The translations under genes were made by a program, and so were the position numbers. From Nevskia sp. (lineage in GTDB: Bacteria > Pseudomonadota > Gammaproteobacteria > Nevskiales > Nevskiaceae), in NCBI GenBank assembly GCA_016779605.1, contig JADHNH010000031.1, forward strand, positions 2,125 through 34,124: 32,000 nucleotides of DNA, given 5' to 3'. Of the stretch, positions 16,043 to 22,825 are shown one piece after another (the stretch's first letter is position 1; every line of letters begins with the position of its first letter). The notes under the pieces were generated by a model. That model ran no database searches. It was not told the DNA's origin and worked only from the letters and a program-made list of their open reading frames with translations.

Positions 16043-16795
16043 TCAAATGATCTTGCGCAGCCAGGTGGTGCGCGACACCAGAGACCCGATCCAGACCCAG
16101 AACCAGTAGCTGAGCACCGTCAGGAAGCCGGCGAACACCGCCGTCAGCGGCGTCACCACGCCGCCGAAGGTGCGCAGGGTGGAATGCTCGATGATGCGCA
16201 CGTACTCGGGAATCGCCGTGCGCACGTACTCGAAGCCCATCAGGTCGGCCACCGTCAGCATGTTGCCGTGCAGCTCCAGCGGCACGTGGTAAGCGGCCAG
16301 CAGCGGCCAGTTGAGCGGGTAGATCAGCGCACCGAACAGGTAGCCGCCGATCAGGCCGGTCCAGAACCAGCTGCGAGTCAGCACCAGCACGGTGTCCAGG
16401 ATCAGGCCCAGCGCTATGAAGGTGGACGGGAACACCATATCCATCGGGAAGCCGCCGAAGCCATGGAAGTTCATGTAGCGGCTGACCCAGGCGGCCGCGG
16501 ACAGGGCCAGGATGGTCAGCGTGCCGCCCACCGGCAGGCGCAGGCGGTCCCACAGCAGGTAGCCGAACACGCCCGGGATCACCGACAGCGCCAGCGGCGT
16601 CACCAGCGGCCACCAGCGGCGGTCGCGCCAGTCGATCCAGTAGTCCCAGTCGCCCACCAGCAGGGCGAAGTGCACGCTGAACACGGCGGCGAACAGCATG
16701 ATCACCAGCGGAATGACCAGCCAGTCCACGGTGATGTCCAGGCGGTGGCGGAAATCGGCCACCTGGGCCGGTGTATTGGTGGTGACGGCGCTCAT
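16043..16795 (-). CDS. pmoA: Copper membrane monooxygenase subunit A (PmoA/AmoA family)
   Basis: 250 aa from ATG 16795 (RBS GGAGAGG); the track ORF extends to 16912. VHFALLVGDWDYWIDWRDRRWWPLVTP, YVRTAIPEYVRIIEHSTLRTFGG and similar blocks match the PmoA/AmoA blocks HAMLTMGDWDFWSDWKDRRLW and [22 protein letters not shown]. Confidence 0.95.
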   Translation of the reverse strand: MSAVTTNTPAQVADFRHRLDITVDWLVIPLVIMLFAAVFSVHFALLVGDWDYWIDWRDRRWWPLVTPLALSVIPGVFGYLLWDRLRLPVGGTLTILALSAAAWVSRYMNFHGFGGFPMDMVFPSTFIALGLILDTVLVLTRSWFWTGLIGGYLFGALIYPLNWPLLAAYHVPLELHGNMLTVADLMGFEYVRTAIPEYVRIIEHSTLRTFGGVVTPLTAVFAGFLTVLSYWFWVWIGSLVSRTTWLRKII

Positions 16796-16927
16796 AAACC
16801 TCTCCAGATCGAACGCAAAAAACCAGGCCCCCTGCGGCGGGAGCTCTCTATCATGATTGAGTGAAAGACCGGATCGCGGCGAGGCTCGAAAAGCCCCGGT
16901 GACAACCCGCATTCCGGCGACACCGGC

Positions 16928-16951
16928 CGGCGCGTATTCCTTTACGCGCCG
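16928..16951 (-). other. Stable 9-bp GC-rich hairpin in the pmoC-pmoA intercistronic spacer (possible RNA processing/stability element)
   Basis: CGGCGCGTA (16928-16936), 6-nt loop, TACGCGCCG (16943-16951), perfect complementarity. It lies 64 nt after the pmoC stop inside a 219-nt untranslated spacer. No U-tract follows. Confidence 0.4.
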
Positions 16952-17014
16952 CCGGTTGGTTCATCCGACTGCTTCTCCCGCGCGGGCCCTGGCCGGGGCG
17001 CCGCGCAGCTTGGC

Positions 17015-17821
17015 TCAGGCGGGCCGGGCCGCAGTTTCCATGCTGCGCACCAGCTCGCTCATGCGCGAGAACATCTGCACCAGCAAGCCGCCGGCGGCGA
17101 AGAACGACCAGCCCAGCACCACGAAGCCCCAGTGGATCGGCGCGGCGAACAGTTCCTCGGCATAGAAGAACGTGTGGCCCCATTCGTTGAAGCCGACGTT
17201 GGGCATGATCAGGATCGGGCCGGCCACGATCATCGCGTGCGGCACCGACAGCCTGGCCGCGAACTGCGGCAGCCGGGTGCGCGCATACATGAAGTGGATG
17301 GCCGAGAACAGGATGGTCATCGGCGTGCCGAAGTAGAACAGGCCGACGTGCGTGGGCGTGAAGTCGGTATCGCGCACGGTGATCTGGTGCCAGGTCGCAT
17401 CGGATTCCGCATACAGCGAAAAGATGATGTAGGCGCAGATCGTGGTGGCCATCAGCTGCACGATCAGGAACATGTAGCGGCGCAGCTCGTCCATCGGGCT
17501 GAGCGCTTCCATGTGGCGGTCGCGCGTCTTCCACAGGTAGGAGACGGACGCCACGCCGACCACGCCGATCACGATCAGCTGAACGAACATCAGGTTCATC
17601 CAGTACGTGCGGAAATCCGGGCTGAAGTAGTCCATCCCGTGGGTGAAGGCGGTGGCCTCGGTGTACCAGCGGTACAAGCCGAACAGCAACAGCATGCCAA
17701 CCAGCCCGGCGGAGAACTTGCCCCAGGGCAGGTTCAGGCTCAGCATGCGCGCGGCGGCGGCGGCCTTTGTCGGCCTGGCGCCTTTGGCTGTCATGCCGTC
17801 GTTTGGAATCGTTGCGGCCAT
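17015..17821 (-). CDS. pmoC: Copper membrane monooxygenase subunit C (PmoC/AmoC family)
   Basis: 268 aa. RBS GGAGAG 7 nt upstream. YLWKTRDRHMEALSP, DATWHQITVRDTDFTPTH, RTRLP and ILIMPNVGFNEWGHTFFYAEELFAAPIHWGF match M. capsulatus PmoC YLWKTRDRNLAALTP, DGTWHQTIVRDTDFTPSH and [29 protein letters not shown]. Confidence 0.95.
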   Translation of the reverse strand: MAATIPNDGMTAKGARPTKAAAAARMLSLNLPWGKFSAGLVGMLLLFGLYRWYTEATAFTHGMDYFSPDFRTYWMNLMFVQLIVIGVVGVASVSYLWKTRDRHMEALSPMDELRRYMFLIVQLMATTICAYIIFSLYAESDATWHQITVRDTDFTPTHVGLFYFGTPMTILFSAIHFMYARTRLPQFAARLSVPHAMIVAGPILIMPNVGFNEWGHTFFYAEELFAAPIHWGFVVLGWSFFAAGGLLVQMFSRMSELVRSMETAARPA

Positions 17822-17910
17822 CAGTCGTCTCTCCAGTCAAAAGAAAATTTGACGCACCCGAAAAGGCAAAGTCACAAGCACACGCAATGCTTCGCTCTCT
17901 TAACGATTCA

Positions 17911-17939
17911 ACAATGGCATGGTGCCCTGCCACTGTCAA
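17911..17939 (-). promoter_or_regulatory. Candidate sigma70-type promoter of the pmoCAB operon (TTGACA-N17-CATTGT)
   Basis: On the minus strand, TTGACA (17939-17934), a 17-nt spacer, then CATTGT (17916-17911). This would give a 5' UTR of roughly 80 nt. The -10 matches only 3 of 6 positions. The spacer contains the inverted repeat TGGCA-N8-TGCCA (17915-17932). Confidence 0.3.
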
Positions 17940-18113
17940 TAGTGCGTATCTTTAGTACGCATTTTTTCTCTGTACACGCAAAATCAGCCCTTGTCGAGTC
18001 GATCGGACGGCAGGCCACCTCTCTGAACCGCCATTCCCTCCGGCCCGGCGCCACCGCGCCGCGCCCTGCCGCACGTCGCCCATACCCTCGAACAATTTCC
18101 GACGACCATCCTC

Positions 18114-18551
18114 ATGAAACCTTCCGAACGTCCCCGCCGCGCCGCCGCCAGGCCCGCGGAACAGCGCGTCGCCGCCCGCCGCAGCCCGCTCAACGGCACC
18201 GGCCTGTTCGCCCGAACCCGGCTGCCCGCCCGCCGCAAGATCGGCGAGCTGAGCGGCACCCTGGTGCGGCTGCCCGCGGCCTGGGCGACCGTCGCCGGGG
18301 CGCGCAAGATCTACCTGGTGCAGGTCAGCGCGCGTTATGCGCTGGAATGCTCCGACGGCAACGATTTCAAGTTCCTGAACCACAGCTGCGAGCCGAACTG
18401 CTTCCTGCGGGTGTACCGCCGGCGCGTGGAGGTCTATGCCCTGCGCAGCCTCGCCGCGGGCACCGAGCTGACCGTCGACTACGGCCAGACCCCGCATCGC
18501 AACGGCATGCGCTGCACCTGCGGCGCGGCGCGGTGCCGCGGCGTGGTTTAA
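18114..18551 (+). CDS. SET-domain protein (putative protein lysine methyltransferase)
   Basis: 145 aa. RRSPLNGTGLFA (SET N-terminus), NHSCEPN (aa 89-95), ELTVDYG, and the post-SET Cys cluster C-T-C-G-AAR-C-RG at the C-terminus. Confidence 0.85.
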   Translation: MKPSERPRRAAARPAEQRVAARRSPLNGTGLFARTRLPARRKIGELSGTLVRLPAAWATVAGARKIYLVQVSARYALECSDGNDFKFLNHSCEPNCFLRVYRRRVEVYALRSLAAGTELTVDYGQTPHRNGMRCTCGAARCRGVV

Positions 18552-18767
18552 CCGTGTGACCGGGTGCCGGACCGCAGGGAACATCGGAGCCCAATTGCGC
18601 ACGCTGCATTCCAGTGCCGTATCGATGCGGTAGCCTGAGCGGCGGCCGCGGCGACGGCATTGATCCAGGTCAACCATCGGCGACCGCCGATGTCGAACGC
18701 TTGACGCCGGCAGCGCAGCGGGCCGCGCCGCCAGGACCAGGCGCCAAGGCACGGCGGGTTCCAGGCC

Positions 18768-18793
18768 TGATGCACGTCACTTGATGCACGTCA
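18768..18793 (+). repeat. Tandem 12-bp direct repeat TGATGCACGTCA x2 (14-bp period) upstream of xfp; candidate regulator binding site
   Basis: Read directly: TGATGCACGTCA at 18768-18779 and 18782-18793, separated by CT, 86-111 nt upstream of the phosphoketolase ATG. Confidence 0.4.
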
Positions 18794-18878
18794 TCGGCCG
18801 TTCGCCGGCCGCGGACTATCCTGAGCGGCACTTGCGCTGCGCCCGCCCCCTGCCCCGCTTGCCGCCCGGACACCGCTC

Positions 18879-21269
18879 ATGAACGACCTCGCCCAGACAC
18901 CCGCACCCGCCACCCAGCCGCTGGACGCCGCCGAGCTGGCCCGCCTCAACGCCTGGTGGCGCGCAGCCAATTACCTCTCGGTCGGGCAGATCTACCTGCT
19001 GGACAACGCGCTGCTGCGCGAGCCGCTGCGGCCCGAGCACGTCAAGCTGCGCCTGCTCGGCCACTGGGGCACCACGCCGGGCCTCAACTTCGTCTACGCG
19101 CACCTGAACCGGCTGATCCGACGCGACGGTGTGCGCATGATCTACATCGCCGGCCCCGGCCACGGCGGGCCGGGCATGGTCGCCAACACCTGGCTCGAAG
19201 GCAGCTACAGCGAGCTGTTTCCGAACATCGGGCGCGACGCCGCCGGCATGCAGCAGCTGTTCCGCCAGTTTTCGTTTCCGGGCGGCGTCGGCAGCCATGT
19301 CACCCCCGAAACCCCGGGCTCGATCCACGAGGGCGGCGAGCTCGGCTACAGCCTGGCCCATGCCTACGGCGCGGCGTTCGACAATCCCGACCTCGTCGCC
19401 GTGTGCGTGGTCGGCGACGGCGAGGCCGAGACCGGCCCGCTGGCAACCGCCTGGCATTCGAACAAGTTCCTGAATCCGGCGCGCGACGGCGCGGTGCTGC
19501 CGATCCTGCACCTGAACGGCTACAAGATCGCCAACCCCACCGTGCTCGCCCGGATTCCGGGCGAGGAGCTGGCGAGCTTGCTCGCCGGCTACGGCTACCG
19601 GCCGCTGTTCGTCGCCGGCGAAGACCCGGATGCGGTGCACCAGCAGATGGCGGCCGCGCTGGACGATGCGTTCACCGAGATCCGCAGAATCCAGGCGGCG
19701 GCGCGGACCGGCGGTGCGGTGCAGCGGCCGCGCTGGCCCATGGTCGTGCTCAAGACGCCCAAGGGCTGGACCGGCCCCAAAACGGTGGACGGCAAGAAAA
19801 CCGAAGGCTCATGGCGCTCGCACCAGGTGCCGCTGGCCGAAGTGGCGACCAACCCGGCCCACCTGACGCAGCTCGAAGCCTGGATGCGCAGCTACCGGCC
19901 GGAGGAACTGTTCGACGAACAGGGCCGACCGCGTCCGGCGGTGACGGCGCTGGCACCCGACGGTGCGCTGCGGATGGGCGCCAGCCCGCACGCCAACGGC
20001 GGCCTGCTGCTGCGCGACCTGCGGCTGCCGGACTTCCGCGGGCATGCCGTCGAGGTGCCCCGGCCGGGCGGCCTGGAAACCGAATCGACGCGCGTGCTCG
20101 GGCGCTACCTGCGCGACGTGATGGCGCTGAATGCCGAGGCCGGCAACTTCCGCGTATTCGGCCCCGACGAAACCGCTTCCAACCGCCTGGACCCGCTGTT
20201 CGAGACCACGGCGCGCAGCTGGATGGCCGCGCTGGAGGACGGCGACGACCACCTGGCCGCCGATGGCCGGGTCATGGAGATCCTGTCCGAGCACACCTGC
20301 CAGGGCTGGCTGGAAGGCTACCTGCTGACCGGGCGCCACGGCCTGTTCTCCTGCTACGAGGCGTTCATCCACATCGTCGACTCGATGTTCAACCAGCACG
20401 CCAAGTGGCTCAAGACCAGCAAGGAAGTGCCGTGGCGGCGGCCCATCGCCTCGCTCAACTACCTGCTCACCTCGCACGTCTGGCGCCAGGACCACAACGG
20501 CTTTTCGCACCAGGATCCCGGCTTCATCGACCACGTCGTCAACAAGAAGGCCGACATCATCCGCGTCTACCTGGCGCCCGACGCCAACACGCTGCTGTGC
20601 ATCGCCGACCGCTGCCTGCGTTCGCGCAATTTCATCAACGTGGTCGTCGCCGGCAAGCAGCCGCAGCCGCAGTGGCTGGACATGGACGCCGCGATCAAGC
20701 ACTGCGCCGCCGGCATCGGCATCTGGGAATGGGCCAGCAACGACGGCGAGTCCGAGCCCGACGTGGTGCTGGCCTGCGCCGGCGACGTGCCGACGATCGA
20801 GGTGCTGGCGGCGGTGGATATCCTGCGCCGGCACGCGCCCGAGTTGCGCATGCGCGTGATCAACGTCGTGGACCTGATGACCCTGCAGCCGCACGAGGAA
20901 CATCCGCACGGCCTGTCCGACCGCGACTTCGACGCCCTGTTCACCCGCGACAAGCCGATCATTTTCGCCTACCACGGCTACCCCTGGCTGATCCACCGCC
21001 TGACCTACCGCCGCGTCAACCACGACAACCTGCACGTGCGCGGCTACAAGGAGGAAGGCTCCACCACCACGCCGTTCGACATGGCGGTGCGCAACGACCT
21101 GGACCGCTTCCACCTCGTCGCCGACGTGGCGGACCGCGTGCCCAAGCTGGCCTACCGCGCGGCCTATCTCAAGCAGCTGGTGCGCGACAAGCTCACCGAG
21201 CACCGGCAATACATCACCCGCTACGGCCAGGACCTGGAGGAGATCCGCAACTGGCAGTGGCCGTATTGA
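18879..21269 (+). CDS. xfp: Phosphoketolase (xylulose-5-phosphate/fructose-6-phosphate phosphoketolase, ThDP-dependent)
   Basis: 796 aa. [40 protein letters not shown] and [11 protein letters not shown] are the phosphoketolase signature blocks. Length is typical. Confidence 0.95.
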   Translation: MNDLAQTPAPATQPLDAAELARLNAWWRAANYLSVGQIYLLDNALLREPLRPEHVKLRLLGHWGTTPGLNFVYAHLNRLIRRDGVRMIYIAGPGHGGPGMVANTWLEGSYSELFPNIGRDAAGMQQLFRQFSFPGGVGSHVTPETPGSIHEGGELGYSLAHAYGAAFDNPDLVAVCVVGDGEAETGPLATAWHSNKFLNPARDGAVLPILHLNGYKIANPTVLARIPGEELASLLAGYGYRPLFVAGEDPDAVHQQMAAALDDAFTEIRRIQAAARTGGAVQRPRWPMVVLKTPKGWTGPKTVDGKKTEGSWRSHQVPLAEVATNPAHLTQLEAWMRSYRPEELFDEQGRPRPAVTALAPDGALRMGASPHANGGLLLRDLRLPDFRGHAVEVPRPGGLETESTRVLGRYLRDVMALNAEAGNFRVFGPDETASNRLDPLFETTARSWMAALEDGDDHLAADGRVMEILSEHTCQGWLEGYLLTGRHGLFSCYEAFIHIVDSMFNQHAKWLKTSKEVPWRRPIASLNYLLTSHVWRQDHNGFSHQDPGFIDHVVNKKADIIRVYLAPDANTLLCIADRCLRSRNFINVVVAGKQPQPQWLDMDAAIKHCAAGIGIWEWASNDGESEPDVVLACAGDVPTIEVLAAVDILRRHAPELRMRVINVVDLMTLQPHEEHPHGLSDRDFDALFTRDKPIIFAYHGYPWLIHRLTYRRVNHDNLHVRGYKEEGSTTTPFDMAVRNDLDRFHLVADVADRVPKLAYRAAYLKQLVRDKLTEHRQYITRYGQDLEEIRNWQWPY

Positions 21270-21365
21270 GGCGGAAAGTGCGCCGGCAGAGCGCGCCGCG
21301 GCGCAGCTTGACTGCGATGCCGCCGGTCAGCGGTGCGGCCGGCGGCTTGCGCAGCGGCGCCGCGG

Positions 21366-22496
21366 TCACTTCCGCGTGTGGTGCCGTTCCTTGATCTCGT
21401 TGACCGTCAAGGTCGACGCCTCGCTGGCGGTGTGGTGCTCCGACAGGCGGATGCGCAGCGCCAGGTCGGTGCTGGAGTCGGCATAGCGCAGCGCGTTGTC
21501 CAGGCTGACCTTGCCGGCCACGAACAGGTCGTACAGCGACTGGTCGAAGGTATGCATGCCGATCTCGTTGCCCTTGCCCATCACATCCTTGATCTCGTCG
21601 ACGCGGCCCTTCTGCACCAGGTCCGAGACGTACGGGGTGAGCAGCAGCACTTCGGTGGCCAGCGCCAGCCGGCCGCTGGTGGAAGGCAGCAGGCGCTGCG
21701 AGATCACGCCCTTGAGGTTGAGCGACAGGTCCATGAAGACCTGCTTGTGCGCCTGCTCGGGAAAGAAATTGATGATGCGCTCGATCGCCTGGTTGGCGTT
21801 GTTGGCGTGCATGGTCGACACGCACAGGTGGCCGGTCTCGGCGTAGGCGATGGCGTGCTTGGCGGTCTCCTGGTCGCGGATCTCGCCGATCATGATCACG
21901 TCGGGCGCCTCGCGCAGGGCGTTGCGCAGCGCATCGCCGAAGGTGCGGGTGTCGATGCCGACCTCGCGCTGGTCCACCAGCGACTGGCGGTGCTGGAACA
22001 GGAATTCGATCGGGTCCTCGATGGTCAGGATGTGGCCGTCGGCATTGGCCGCGCGGTAGCCGACCATGGCGGCCAGCGAGGTGCTCTTGCCCGAGCCGGC
22101 GGCGCCGACGAACAGCACCAGGCCGCGCTTGAACATGGCCAGGGTCGAACAGGCCGGCGGCAGGCCCAGCTGCTCGAAGGTCGGGATGTCGGACTTGATC
22201 AGACGCGCCACCAGCGCCACCTCGCCCCGCTGGTAGTAGACGTTGACGCGGAAGCGTCCCACGCCTTCCACCGAAAACGACAGGTTCGACTCCATCGTTT
22301 CCTCGAAAGCGGCGGTCTGCCGGTCGGTCATGATGGAGTAAGCCACCTGCTTGACCTCGCCGCGCTTCAGCGGCGGCGCGTTCACCGACAGCGTCACGCC
22401 CTCGATCTTCAGGTGCGGCGGAGCGTTGCAGGTGAGGAACAGGTCGGACGCGCCCTTGTCCACCATGAGCTTGAGCAAGGCGTGAATATCGGTCAT
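21366..22496 (-). CDS. pilU: Type IV pilus retraction ATPase, PilT/PilU family (PilU-like by length)
   Basis: 376 aa. ASDLFLT, Walker A GAAGSGKST, ILTIEDPIEF, MIGEIRD and the ETGHLCVSTMHANNA His box are typical of PilT/PilU hexameric ATPases. Confidence 0.88.
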   Translation of the reverse strand: MTDIHALLKLMVDKGASDLFLTCNAPPHLKIEGVTLSVNAPPLKRGEVKQVAYSIMTDRQTAAFEETMESNLSFSVEGVGRFRVNVYYQRGEVALVARLIKSDIPTFEQLGLPPACSTLAMFKRGLVLFVGAAGSGKSTSLAAMVGYRAANADGHILTIEDPIEFLFQHRQSLVDQREVGIDTRTFGDALRNALREAPDVIMIGEIRDQETAKHAIAYAETGHLCVSTMHANNANQAIERIINFFPEQAHKQVFMDLSLNLKGVISQRLLPSTSGRLALATEVLLLTPYVSDLVQKGRVDEIKDVMGKGNEIGMHTFDQSLYDLFVAGKVSLDNALRYADSSTDLALRIRLSEHHTASEASTLTVNEIKERHHTRK

Positions 22497-22602
22497 CTGC
22501 AGGGCCCTTTCGAATGAACCGCGGCCGCCGGCCGGTCGTCGAAGCGGTGAAACGGCCGCCAGCTGGATAAATTCAAGTTAGGCGCGAAATTGCGGCGATG
22601 CA

Positions 22603-22659
22603 TTGACATGTGTCAACTTTGTGCCGGCGGCGCGCCCGGGCGCGCTTGACCTGCGTCAA
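22603..22659. promoter_or_regulatory. Two FNR/FixK-type boxes (TTGAC-N4-GTCAA) in the pilU / diguanylate cyclase divergent intergenic region
   Basis: TTGACATGTGTCAA at 22603-22616 and TTGACCTGCGTCAA at 22646-22659. Both fit TTGA-N6-TCAA perfectly. Centres are 43 bp apart. Confidence 0.45.
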
Positions 22660-22825
22660 TGCCGGTGCCGGTGCCGCCTGTATCGTATGCAGGGTGGAGT
22701 TTGCCTGAACAGGAAGACTCCTTCGGGGGAAAGCGGCTCCGACGGCATCGGTGCCTGAAAAAAGTCGCTGTGCTGTAGATATTTTTTACTGGGCCTGCCT
22801 CAAATCAAATAAAGAGCGACTGTCG

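Noticed and set aside
16817-16835. Hairpin plus U6 run just upstream of pmoA that could be an intrinsic terminator or attenuator
   Set aside because: The stem is only 4 bp (CAGG/CCTG) with a 3-nt loop, too weak to call a terminator. The U-run also sits close to the pmoA ribosome-binding site.
17915-17935. Possible sigma54 promoter (GTGGCAGGGCACCATGCC on the minus strand) upstream of pmoC
   Set aside because: The GG-to-GC spacing does not fit the TGGCAC-N5-TTGC geometry in any register (off by 2-3 nt). I interpret the sequence as an inverted repeat TGGCA-N8-TGCCA within a sigma70-like spacer instead.
9693-18551. Whether the CuMMO operon sits on a mobile genomic island
   Set aside because: No integrase, transposase, tRNA gene, flanking direct repeats or visible compositional shift is present. 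Only a vapBC pair is nearby. Horizontal acquisition is plausible for CuMMOs in general but cannot be supported from this window.
18956-21394. 812-aa ORF in another plus-strand frame across the whole phosphoketolase gene
   Set aside because: The translation is Arg/Ala/Pro/Gly-rich and low in complexity with no motif. It fully overlaps a gene with unmistakable phosphoketolase signatures. This is a typical off-frame open reading in high-GC DNA.
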